From: Amoebophrya sp. A120
Taxonomy: Eukaryota; Protista; Dinoflagellata
Assembly: GCA_905178155.1 (NCBI GenBank)
Contig: CAJINV010000012.1
Coordinates: 3,475,988-3,539,987, forward strand
Direction: 5' to 3'
DNA: 64,000 nt
Part shown: piece after piece, positions 48,832-61,700 of the stretch
How the letters are laid out: every line of letters begins with the position of its first letter
How positions within the stretch are numbered: the first letter of the stretch is position 1
Translations under genes and position numbers: made by a program
The notes under the pieces: model-generated
Database searches by the model: none
Told to the model about the DNA's origin: nothing
Seen by the model: the letters and a program-made list of their open reading frames with translations, nothing else

Positions 48832-49981
48832 ATGGTCGTCGCAACAGACAACAAATCGGAGCTGATTGTCAACACGGCAGGCAAGAAACTCATTTCTTTT
48901 GCCGAGGTGGAGCAGTTGATGAAGAACTTCGAAGACAACTACAACAAGGGCGACTACGCCGGGGCGGTTGACGCCTACAAGAAAACCTGCGACGTGAAGG
49001 TGAACGGCGGGACGGAGTGCGGCGGGGTGTTTTCGGGGAAGACGAAAGACGAATTTGCCGCTTTTTTGAAGTACATGCGCGAGGAGTTGTATGGAAGTGT
49101 CAGGTTTGCGATCGACAAAGTTGAAATCATGATTTGCCATGCATAAAATGCCAGGCATGAAGTGCCTGTGTTGCCGGGATGGCAAGTGAGGCCGATAATT
49201 GTGAGCCTGTTTAGGGTTTATTGACATAGAGCTGCTAAACTAGCATGACAAAAACAGTCTTCTGTGCTCAAACAGCATGACAAATTGGATTCCGGTGCTC
49301 GGAAAATTTGTCATGCGCCGCTTGATAAGTGGGCTTCCGACTGGTGTCGGTTTTATGCATGGCAAACTATTTCAGCTTTGACGGTTTCGATCCTGACACA
49401 TCCATAAGTTGAATGCGAAGGACATGCAGTTTCTCGTCACGTCGGTGAATTCCCTGAAAGCCAACGTGCACACGGACACCTTCACCACCACCGCGGGTGT
49501 TGGGAGCTGCGTGGCCACCTGGGCGTTTGATGAGGAGCAGCAGAAGTGGGAAACTATCAAGGACCAAATCACGTTTGCCTTCCACGAGAAGCCGTTCATC
49601 TCTCACGAGGTTGTGTGCGAAAAGATGCTCGAATTCGAACAATGCTACAACAAGGGCGATTTCCCCGGCGCGGCGAAGGCGTATGCCGACAACTGTTTTG
49701 TCACGGTGAATGGCGGGAAGGAGCAAAACGGGCCTTTCACTGGGAAGACTAAAGAGGAATTCGAAGGGTTCTTGCAGTTTATGTACGAAACGGTGGGCGC
49801 GAGGGACATGCATTTTACCGTCACCTCCGTGAAGGACAACGTGCACACAGACACTTTTGTCACCACGAAGGGCAACGGGGCCTGTATCGCGAAGTGGGCA
49901 CTGGTGGAGGAGGAGTGGAAAACGGTGCAAGATCAGATCACCTGGGTGCCGTTTGAGGAGGTGGACGAGGCGGCCGCGTAA
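48832..49981 (+). CDS. Protein with two tandem NTF2/SnoaL-like domains, 2 exons
   Basis: Two ~125-aa repeats (FEdnYNKGDyaGA..AY...VNGG...GKTKdEF..FL..M...AkDMqF.VTSV...VHTDTF.T..G.G.C.A.WA). The join EL|NAKDMQF matches VGARDMHF in repeat 2. Confidence 0.8.
49090..49406. mobile_element. Introner family G
   Basis: DR agttg, highly similar to 45435-45745. Confidence 0.9.
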
Positions 49982-50152
49982 ACAACGGGGTTTTTCGGAG
50001 TCTTCGACATCTTCGATTTTTATGTTGCGGCACGGTAGAAGAAGAAGTAGTGGATCTTCCATTAGATCGACAATTTTTCTCGGGATGCACTAGGTCGTGA
50101 TTCCGGATGCACGTACTTTCTTCGAAGTGTTGTAATATCTCTGTCTCAGTAA

Positions 50153-51000
50153 ACATACAAGTTGTTTAATGGGACTAGTAAGTACTCGATAGAGCAGGAG
50201 GATAGTCGTCCCTTAACTGAGCAGCAAGATTTATGATCGTGAAATACCTGGAACAGGCTAGTGCAAAGAACAAGAAATAAACCAATTTTCTAGAGGTACT
50301 ACAGAAGATACATTCCCAGAGACCGCCCCGTAGTGTTTTGATCATAACAAACGAACATATACATAGATTTATAGAAGTAGAAGGGAACTTCAGGGTAAAA
50401 GGTTGCTATGAACGACACTGCGTGTGGTCGCCTTGTAAGATGAAGGTCGGAGTTCGTGCAAATTTTGGACTTCGCTGAATAATATACAACTATGTCGTGT
50501 GGTGATGGTTGAACGTCAACACAAAAGCGCTCGTGCTTGTCGATCTGCTCCCATATGTCTTCATATTGGCAGCCTTCGTACAGGAACAGGCACGCAATGT
50601 GGTCAGTAAACAAGGAGAAGCTCATTCACGCTAGCAATCAAACATCAGCCTAGCCCAAGCACTTTCATTAATTTTTTGTACTCCCCCACCTCTCAAAAAA
50701 ATTCTACATTGCAAAACTTGCAGAGACGAGGACGTCTGCCGATATTTATTTCCACCGCTAGCACTAATTCTTGTTGAGACCACACGATAATCGTGGCCTA
50801 CCAATTATTAGATATGAAACAAGGCAGCTCCTACTACGCATCTTCACCTCAGGTGGAAAAGACCATGACTAGCGGTATGCTGGTGAAGCTAGTAAGAAGA
50901 CCGCTTGCGCGTGGTTCTTCCTTTTTCCATTTGGTTCTTGATTATCATCTGGTAATCAGCATTAAAGCGTCCTTGAGCTCTTGCTCGTCCGAATCGCGAT
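50153..51000. repeat. Diverged local duplication (second copy at ~52338-52990 plus ~55115-55300)
   Basis: Colinear matches, e.g. aacatacaagtt..gactagtaag..tactcgatagagcagga and gctcgtgcttgtcgatctgctcc. Confidence 0.8.
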
Positions 51001-52994
51001 GAATGAAGAAACTCTATCGCCCACTCGAAGTAGAAGAAACTTTACTGACCCTTTATTGCTTCACGTCGCCACGACTTCCCTCCCCATGCCCAGGCGTGGT
51101 GTTAGTTGTGGGAGCCAGGCGTCGTGGATGCCAGCCACCACTTTTGAAAAAACCGCAAAAATATAGGCAGAGAAAGAAACTCTCCCTAGAATGGGATGAG
51201 TACTTGACTACCCCCTTCGTGGACGTGGTCCTGCTCAAACAGATCGTAGCTGTTCACTCCGTCGTGGTAATCGCACCTCGAGGAAATGTTTCCTCGTTAA
51301 TATTTCCACCAAGAATGAACAACAAGAAATGGTCTGCAGCAAGGACGATTATACTCGATAAAATGATAATCTGAATCTGAAAGAGAAAGCGTCTGCCTAT
51401 AATCTATCATCTGCTGGGCGGAAAAGGATAGCAGCACAACTTACTTTCGTCCTGCTGCCAACTACTTCCCTGTGTCACTGTCTAGCCCTCTTCTGTTGAT
51501 GAAAGTGGATCTTTCATAGTGCCAAAAATCGGTTTATTGCGCATCCAGTCGAACGCTTTGCCAGAAAAAACAAATCCGATCGCCGGTCCTTCCATAGATA
51601 CCGGTGCACGTAATCCGCCTGAGAAGGTGAGATATCAAATCAGGATCTGGGCTTGATTTACCCGATGGGCAGTTCTTCGGTTTAATCCAGGATCTTCAGC
51701 CTCAAGTTTGTGCTTTCTAGTAGGAGAAATCGGTGCAAGTAGAGTTCCTCACGTGAAGACCGCAATCGCGAAGGATCCTCGGAAAAAAATGCGATCGCCG
51801 ATTATAGATCTGCGCGAGTTCCAGTTCTTGTACACTCAAAGGCTTTACTATTGCCATCTGTCGATTAAGCAAGTCCAACAAGTAAGTACACCAAGACACC
51901 ATCAGCGAATACGTACTTTTTTGTTTTGAAGCAACTGCTTTGATCATTTTTATCCTGCTGGTTTGTACGACAAACTTGATTTGAATTTTCAGTTTTGCCT
52001 TTGTTGACAGTTTATTTGTTGGCTACCCATTTCATTCTGTTCACCCTGCGCCTGCCGGTTCTCAAAAAGCACAAAAATGTCCGTCCATCCAGGCAACCAG
52101 GTCGTCTATGCCCATCAGCAACCGGCTGGGCCCCCCGGCCACTACGAACAACAAGGAGAGCGTGACCCTCTGGTCTATACTACTAATGATTCCAGCTGGC
52201 AAGAACATGGAGCCCTCCAAGCGTAGGAGGCGGAGAAGAAGAAGAAGTTTTGTTGTGCGATCACGGCGATTATCATCGTAGTTTGTGTGGTGCCTCTCGT
52301 TTTTTTTCCGACATATCGTATCTCTGTCTAACTTGGAACATACAAGTTCTGGTTCAATCGGACTAGTAAGTTGTACTCGATAGAGCAGGATTTATTTCGT
52401 CTCTTAAAATAAAACTGAGCAGCAAGACTTCACTTGTTGTGATCGTGAACAAATACCTGGAGCAGCACCAGCAGGCACGTGCAAAGAAAAAGAACAAGAA
52501 GTAGGCCAATTATTTGCTAGAGGAACTACAAAAAAAAAGATATATTCCCAGAGACCACGACCCCGTAGTGTCGTTGTGATAACAAACTAAGTACATACTT
52601 ACTAGGCTTTTAGAAGTACAAGAGCAGGGTACAAGTTTCAGTTTGGTATGAACGACACTGCGTTACTTTGGTCGACGTGTATGATGAAGGTGGTCGGAGT
52701 TCGTGCAAATTTTGAATAATTTTCAAGTATGTCGTGTGGTGATGGTTCAACGTCAACAAAAACGCGCTCGTGCTTGTCGATCTGCTCCAATATGTTTTGA
52801 TATTGGCAGCCTTCGTACAGCAGGAACAGGCGCGCAATGTTGTAAGGAGCAAGAAGCTTATAACTCACATTAACAAACTCAAACATCAGTCTAACTCAAC
52901 CACTTTCATTGATTTATTTGATGTATTCCCCCACCTGCACCTCTCCAAAGATTTCTAAGTTGCAGGGAGGAGGACGTCTGCCGAGATTCTTTTT

Positions 52995-55080
52995 CAAAAT
53001 CTCTGGTTAATTCACTCCGGTCCGCCTTGCTCTTTGAAGATCCGTGCGAAAAAGCACATGAAAAGCTGCTGCCATGGTGAAGAACGGTTAGTACAAGCGC
53101 AGGCCCTAGAGTGTAACATGAACGGAATCGGGCTACAAGGCCACAGGTAAATCACCCCTGCGTCTTCCGGTCGGCCTTTACGAAACTGACTACAAAAAAC
53201 CGCGACGGTAGAAAGGGGGCGGTCTAGTCTACGGTCTAGATCGTCTCCACTACCATTCGAAAAAACGCAAGTCCCAGCTATAGTACAACAGGAGCGGCAT
53301 CCGACCCGAGTGTAGTCAGCCGGACCATTTTTAGAAGACGTTGCGAGGTGGGCGGAGAGGCATCACGCGTGCAGTGGAACGAGAGGAAGGCCAGCGTTCA
53401 ACTGTGTGACGTTCGTCGTATACTGTCGTCGCCAGGACAGTGGCACCTGCACTGCAGCTGCGTGCAGCGAGTTTTGTTCGTATATTAATTTCCCATATGT
53501 ACAAGGCCACAGGTAAACTATCCCAGTGTCTTCCGGCCGGCCTTCTTCTGTGTGATGTCCGCGCACCACTGCTTTGTATCACTAGCTTGTATCACTAGCT
53601 ACTGCTTTGTATCACTGCTTTGTATCACTAGCGTGTATTCACTAGTTCACTAGCGTTTGTCCGCGCACAGCGATGTGACCTCTGGTTACTCGCTCGCTGC
53701 TTTGTATGCTTGCTTTTGTATGCTCGTGGCCCGCCAGCTTTGTCTGGTGGTCGTCTATTGGTTGTATCCGTATTTGATGTTCTCGTTAAAAGTTGTCCGC
53801 TCGTATCGTATCTCCCTGTGTGTCGGTTCGTACATTTGTGTCTCGTTTTCCTGGAGCCTGATCGCAAATTCGTATGCTCCTTCCATGCCGTTGCATGCTT
53901 AAATCTGATCTTTCCTGCTTCGCTTCCCCTTGTATCCGCCCCTGTAGAATCAGGTCTATACCCCTTTTACTTTTCTTCAGTCGTTTATATTATGTTATGT
54001 TGTTTTCTTACTCGCTGTTGCTTACTACTGGACTGCCCGTTCCTTTTACCCCCTCTTGCATGCGTCCCTGTAGGCTTAGATCCCTACCCTTTTATCCTGC
54101 TTCTTCCCTCTAAGTCTGATCGCTTTACTTTTGCAACCTTTGTAGCGCTAGTTGCGGATCCCGCGTACTCGCAGGGGCTTTGTTTTTTCCGCCTTGCCAG
54201 CGGGTTTGTCCGGGGGGGCGCGACAGTCTTTGGGGATTCTGGCACTTGACGTTCACCAACGAGTTGCCGGCGGGGCGTTGCACAACTTTTCCTACTACAC
54301 CCCTGCGGTCCGACGACCAACTTCGTGTTGATTTTCCCCGATTCAGATGGGCGCTTTTTTCTGCTGCTGTCTTTCCGGCGAACACCTCTTGGTGCTCGTC
54401 AGTCTGCCAGAGCTTGTTTACATGCGCGCGCTATCTGGTGGCGGTGAAAATGTGCCACGAACGCGGTGCTCGCGACCTCATCTATTCGTTCTTTCTCACT
54501 CGGGTTCCGCAGTTGATATGAATGACATTTATATGTTTGTCGGAGGCTGGTTCGTTGTCTGCGGAGTTCCATTATGGCGTCAATCTGTAGATAGTTTTGG
54601 GTCAGGTCTGCTAATCCTGGCAAGTAGTTTCATTCGGCGCCGGGGCTCTAAACAACTTACCTGTTCCTCAGCGCTATTGCGCTCGCTACAGCTCTGCTTG
54701 GAAAAAATATTTTACAGTTTGGCCTCCGCTTGTGGAAGGTCGACGATTCGCGCCTGCTCTGCTCTGCTAGCCGCGCGGTACTCTTCAAGTTCGTGTGGGC
54801 TCCTGGTGCTGCGATCACCGTCGGGAGCTAAACAACATGAGAACATAAGGACGTCGGTGCTTGAGAGCTATTTAGTATTCGACTTCTTACTACGTTTTGA
54901 TCCTTTTGCATCCCTCACGCACGACCAGGATCTTTGTGTAGTTCGAAGCCCGCCGAAATTTTGCGAGCGGATTTAGCTTTCTCACCCCCTCGAAAAAAGG
55001 GGAGTCTCCTGACCCTTATGGTCGTCCCTGCCGCCGGTGGTAGCGTGCGCGTCGCCACTCTGATCTGATCTGATCTGATC
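52995..55080 (+). mobile_element. ~2.1-kb insertion ending in a (CTGAT)n tail; possible degenerate or non-autonomous non-LTR element
   Basis: Absent from the paralogous segment at ~50740-50770. 3' ctgatctgatctgatctgatc. No clear RT ORF or TSD. Confidence 0.45.
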
Positions 55081-55715
55081 TATGTAGGTTATCTCTCTCT
55101 CTCTCTCTTTTCTAACTCTTGTTCAGACCACACGATAACTGCACGTCGTGGTCTACGAGTTAGTTTTAGATATTTTTGAACAAGGCGGCTGCTACGCATC
55201 TTCATCTATGGGTGGAGAAGATTATGACTGGCTGCATGATGTTGAAGCTAAGAAGACCGATGGCGCGTGTTTCTTCCTAAAGCACAGCGTCGCTTGATGT
55301 CATGGATGAAAAACTACATCCCGGAAAGTGAGCAAGTCTCTTCTCCTTCATCTCCCCCGGCTTTGGAGGCTTTACCAAATTTTGCTGTTGTTCCAGGAGG
55401 TCGCGCCAGCTGTTTATGTTTTTTTGGTTACACCCCCGAAGTCTAGCATCAAGCGCGAACGCAACCTCAAGCTGTTTGCGGTACTAGTTCTCTTCTTTGC
55501 ACGACCGAATTCTATCTTGTTCTTACGGAGACCTTTCGCTTGGTTTCGTCCGTCGTTCGTGAAGATGAAAATGCAAATGGCTGCCGGCTAGTGTTGTTTG
55601 CGTCGTTCGTACAAATGCAAGGCTGTTCTTCACTTTCTGGAACGGTGTTATTTCCAGCATGAGCATCGCCTGCAAAAGATAAACATTTACATTTTTGCGG
55701 CGCGTACAGCGCTGA

Positions 55716-58700
55716 ATGACCGGCGCACCAGAAGATGCAATGGAAAAGATGCTGCCTCAACAACCAGCACCGAGGACGTGGTCCGCCGTGCAAGGACTTG
55801 GTGCTAGTACCAAAAAGCCCAAGAAAAATAATAAAAACCCTCTTTCTGCTCACAACAAGGAAGTACTACGTCAGGCCACGACGACACTGCATGCGGATGC
55901 CGCAACCAGCACGGAAACCCTCTCTGAGACCCTGCCCAGCCTCGCGGTGCAGCGCGAGCAGGCGGAGCAGGAGATGCTGCTGGATTTCCCTTTTGATTTA
56001 CGGAGAACGCAGTTAATCGCCAGGTTGTTCGAGCTGGTGCAAGACCACGCGGAAGAGAAGTCCACGGTGGTGCAACAAGATGTCGCGCAACTCTTTCTCT
56101 GTATTCACAGGAAATAATTTCCCCTGCACGTACAAATGCTATTTCCGCATGACAAAACTTGCCTCCAATCTGAGTCAGCATGACAGGAAGTTGGTTCGGC
56201 ACACTCCAAGTGAAAAATAGCGCAACCTGTCATGCATTTTGCACATGTGCCGCAGGAAATTGGTATGGCATACTCTCCGCCGGGATTCTCGAGGCCAACG
56301 TGTACTTCTACCAGAGTGAAGAGATTGACCAGGGGTGCGTGATCGGCCCCAGTGTCTCCTTACAGGAAGTCGTGCAGCAGTTTATGAAATGTAAAAATGT
56401 CTGGGTCTGGAAGAATGCACGTTTGTCATGCTTGTCTGGCATGACTCGGGAATCTGTGTTGCATAGGCACGAAAAAGCCTTCTTACCTGTCATGCAAAAA
56501 CGCAGTTTGCCATGCGGAATACGTAAGACATGGCAGCCAAAAAATTTGTGATGCATAGCTGTGTATTGCAGTACGTCTATCATTCATTTTTAGCATTACA
56601 AGTTTCCAGACCCAGACATTTTTACATTTGATACAGTTGTTGGTACAGCAGAACGAGAGCAGCAGCTTTCAAGGCCTAGAAAATATCCTGTGCAAAAGTA
56701 TCGTATTCGTATAAATGCAAGTCTTGCATTACAAATCTTCTTCTTGAGGCAAATCCGCATTACAAATTTTATTTCTCATGCTGAGGAAATTTGTGATGCA
56801 TTTATACGAGTACGATACTTTTGCAATTCATAGAAAATGGTGGTGGTGAGCAAAATGACCCCCTAGATCACGATCCTTTCGTGTTAGACGACCGCTTATG
56901 TATCACCCAGGAGCTCTTCGAGTCCTTACTGCAAGAGATGACAAACCTCGAGCTGGCACAATGCGTCGACGCGGTACTGGATCACGCATTGCAAATGGAG
57001 ACCAGTTGGGGGATCAGCTGTCCGATCCACAACAGCGGTCATCTTCCAGGTGGTCAACACGGGACCACGACGAGTTCATCGCTGAAGCTAAAAGGTGCAA
57101 ACGGGATCGCCCTCTATGAAAACGACCTTTTCCTGGCGGACTCGATGTCGCATGCCATATTTCGCATCAGAAACTGGAGCGGAAATAATAATGGGGGAGC
57201 GAGTTCTTTGGGAAATAACCTGACGAATCGAAATAGCAGTACTGCTGGAGTGACCGGGTTGGCGGGAGGAGGTGGTGTTGGGAACAACAATCTTCCTGGT
57301 ATTCTTGCACTTGCTGAATCCACCATCAATGCGGTCCTCATCACGTTGAGAGTTCTTGTTGTAGTCAGAGTCTCTGTACGAGAACGAGTACGACCTGCTG
57401 CGCTTAAAAATCTACTGGTGATGTTGTAGACTGTTGACTACGTCGTACTGCCGCGTTACTTGTTCGTCAAACATAGTTCTTTACTTCATCGATGATCTTT
57501 CAGTAGAAAAATCTCGCCGCTTATGTTTTCCTATTATCCTATCTAAATCAGGCCCCACGTCCTACCAGTTGCACCAGCACGACCACTATCAAGTGTAAAA
57601 GTGTCTGGGTCTGGAAACTTGTAATGCTGGGCGGCGTATCATGAGGAGGCTACAAGTGCTGGCTCAGCATGACAAGTTTCTGAGCTTCTTGGTGTTGCCT
57701 ATTCTGCATGACAAACTGCGTTTCTGCATGACAGAAAAATGGGGGTCTTGGGTAATGTGCATGACAAATTTAAGAGTCATGTGAGACAAGCATGACAAAC
57801 TTGCATTCTTCCAGACCCAGACATTTTTACAGTTGATAACCACCGGTCGGGCTCTACCACGACCAGCGGGGGCAGCAGCGCGACCGGCAGCATTGTGTAT
57901 ATGAAATGCAAAAGCATCGTACTAGTAGAAATCGCATGACAAATTCTCTCAGCATGAAAAATGGAATCTGTAATGTGGATTTAGGTAAAGAAGGAAATTT
58001 GTAATGCATGACAGCGATTACTACGAGTGCGATACTTTTGCACAGCATTGTGTACAACCCGCACCAGCAATACAGCCCGACGAGCGGGGGCGGGGGCGGT
58101 TCTTTCGGCGGGGGCAACAGCACGTCGAACGCGGCGGCCAATAGTTCGTCGTCACCTTCTCGAGGAGGCGGACATCACCAGCAGCACCCTTTTGCCCACC
58201 AGAATTCTACTACTTCCTCATCCGCAAGCCAGAACCTCGAGCTTTTCGCGGGTAAACTGAAAAACCCGGGTTTCCGGGACGGCCCGAGAGCCCTGGCCCA
58301 GTTCAACGGCCCCTCTGGGCTGTGCATCTGCCGCAGAACCGAGCAGCTTTACGTCGCGGACACGAGGAACGACAGCATCCGCGCGATCGATTTGATCTCC
58401 GGCCTGGTGCAAACCTTGACGGTGCAGTCGGTGGATTTTATTGGCTTGTCCAACCCAGTGGACATTTGCATAGTGTACGGTGACTTCGACTACGAAGACA
58501 ATGAGTCCTCCGACAACAACAGTTCTGGAGATGAGGAAAATAACCGGCTGAATGGAAACAACTCCGATGGTGGCAACATACGAGAAGGTACAACCGCTCC
58601 CCCTACTGCTACCGCTCATTTGTCATGCAAAATCCCAATATATGCAGTCGCTCTCGCTGCCTCATAGTCATATCACTACAGTTTGCGTAACAAATTCCGG

Positions 58701-61700
58701 AACAAGCCGAAACAGTACTACACTGGGCGCACCAAATTTGTCATGCGTAGGCTTTACGCGTGCTGGTGTTTGTATTCGTATTGCTGTACATGCTAAAAAA
58801 ATGATGGGGAGGCGGGGAAGTCCGAGTTGTGCATCTTCATACAAGAATTCTGACGACGAGAACGATAACGCGAACAAACCGAGGCTGGAGCAGATCCAGG
58901 AGGAGGACTCCGCCGAAGTGGAACTGGAAGACGCGTCCGAGCAATTCGCGAACGCTGGGGGGGCTGGCGGGTTATCCGGGTCGATTATGGAAGCGGCTAG
59001 CAGCAGGCGGAGAATGATGTCGGACTTGTACAACATATCAAATGCAAATATGTCTGGATCTGGAAAGGAGGAACTTGTAATGCGTGTCATGCATACCAAT
59101 ACCTGGAAAATCTGTGTTGCATGAGCAGCAAATGGGCTCCTGCTTCCCTTGTCATGCAAAAACGCAGTTTGTAATGCGTGTTAGGCATTAGTGGCGCTTG
59201 CTTCGGAAGCTTGTCATGCTTCGCTGCCATTGAAAGCGTTGCAATCATGCGCAACTCAGCATGACAGGGTTCCAGACCCAGACATATTTACATTTCGTAC
59301 AACAGGCGGCGGTCCGCGAGGTTCAGCTTAGCGGATGAGTACGGCATTACGCCTATCGTATTTAAAAACGTTCCCAACCCATAGGATAGTCGTAATGCAA
59401 ATCTGCATGCTGGAAATGTTTCTCATGCGGAGCCCCATGCGAAGCATTCTCTAGCCACGTTTTGGAATTTGTCATGCTCCAATCAGCATGATATACTAAA
59501 TCTGTAATGCTGCTGAGCTAGCTCAAACAGCACGACACTACGACTCCAAATTTGTCATGCGAAACAGCCAAAGCTTGTGGATTTGTCTAGCCGATTCCCC
59601 ATCTTGACCATGGGGTGGGGACGTTTTTACGTAGGATAACGCCGAGTGGGAAGTCGTCTGTCCGGACGAGCCGGAGGACCTCCCGGGCGTACACCTCTTA
59701 TCCTGTGCAAAAGTATCGTATTCGTAGTAATCCCATTCATGCATTACAAATTTCTTTCTCAAGTTAAATCCGCATTACAAATTTCCTTTCTCATGCTGAG
59801 GAAATTTGTATTGCAATTCATACTTACTAGTACGATACTTCTCCACAGGATACCTCTGATTCGATGACAACGACGAGAAGAACGTCTCTCAATCTATTAG
59901 ACCACACGAGCGGGAACGTGATCGACAGTCTGCGAGAGTTGTCCGGGGTTATCAAGTGTAAATAGTGTCTGGGTCTGGAAGAGTGCATGTTTGTCATGCT
60001 TGTCTGCCATGACTCTCAAATCTGTCACGCACGTTACCCAAGAGCGCCATTTTTCTGTGATGTAGAAACGCAGTTTGTCATGCAGAATAGGCAACACATA
60101 GAAGAAGCTCAGAAACTTGTCATGCTGAGCGAGCACTTGTGGCCTCCTCACGATACGCCACCCAGCAGCACAAGTTTCCAGACCCAGACGCATTTGCATT
60201 TGATAGGAGTGGCGAATTCCCAATTCGACAAGCTGCCCGTATGGGATTCTCAATTGTTACATTCTCAACTGTTACAGGAATTTGTCATGCAAAAGCACCA
60301 TCATCATCCTCACGATCAAGCTACTCCGCATGACAAATTTGGCAAGGCCTAAAGCGCGCCTAAATCTGTGCGGAATTCGTAATGCTACAGGTGCAACCTT
60401 CCCCCTTGTACTTTTCCAATTCTTGCATCACAAGTTCATGTAACAGTTCTTGAGAATGTAACAGTTGAGAACGCCATAGCCCGACCTGGCGATTGCTTGC
60501 GACCACTCGGTTTTTGTGATTAAACGGTCTGGCACTTTGGAAATGTCCTTCGTCGCGGGGAACATTTTATCCAGGAGAAAACACCCATCCCCCCATCCAT
60601 TGGTTGCATGACAAACAAAGGAGCTTATTCATGTTTTGCATGACAAATTGGATGGGGATGGGTGTTTTTTTCTGGATGCGTTTCCGAATACGGCTACAAG
60701 GACGCGGCGAAGGGTTCGGACGCGCGGTTTAGCCAGATCCGGGGAATTTGCTCGATTCGGAATTCTATCAACTGCAACCTTATCGTACTAGTTAATGAAT
60801 TGCAATACTTACAAAGTGACTCCGCATTAAGGATATCCGATATTCAAGTTTGTAGTTTGGATTTACCTTAGCAGCGTAGAGTTGAGTTGTAGTGCATAAG
60901 TGGAACTACTACGAGTACGACTACGTCGGTACTTTTGCATTGGATAAGTTCCGTCTTCGTCGCTGACCATTGGAACAACGCGGTCCGGTGTATCTATCCA
61001 GTGAAAATATGTCTGGGTCTGGAAACTTGTGATGCTGGCTTGGGAATGGTGGACACACTGCAATACGCAGCCAAACATGACAAATTCTTAAGCTGCTATG
61101 TGTTCTTGCGAGGTCTGCATGTGCAGGGCAAACTGCGGCTGCGAGTTCTGCATGGCAGACTGGGGTTTTGCACGGGAGGCAAGAGACTCTCATCCTGCTC
61201 ATGCATCACAGAGGTAGGAGTCATGAGAGACAAGCATGACAAACTTCTACTCTTCCAGACCCAGCAGATCGATATTTGCAATGCATAGCATCAATTTGAA
61301 AACCACGGGGGTCGACACGGTCATGGACTTTGAGCCAAACGGGCCGCTTATCTTGAGTAAAAATGTCCTCATACCAGAGTTGTCATGCAAATGCGCAATG
61401 AGAGCAACATTTGTAATGCGCGTCTCCATGAAAGGCACTTCCACTCGTGTTTTGGACTTTGTAATGCTGTAGGCAGGATGGGAGGCTGGATTTCTCATCC
61501 GGCTTCCCTTGCTAACCAGCACTACACTGCAGATGGAAGCTTTTCATGCGCAGCGCCCAAAACTTGGAGATTTGTGTTGCTGATTTACCAACTTGACTAT
61601 GGGGTGGGGACGTTTTTACACAGAATACCGCTGAAACTGACAGCCTCCGACTCTGGGTATTTGTACGTTCTGGACTCCGACACAATTCACATGTGCAACA

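Noticed and set aside
50299-52886. Minus-strand paralogous ORFs (LYEGCQY..EQIDKHER) as genes
   Set aside because: Short, frameshifted relative to each other and inside a decayed duplication; at most a relic.
53710-54976. 179-aa and 209-aa ORFs as retroelement proteins
   Set aside because: No RT, endonuclease or gag motifs; composition looks non-coding.
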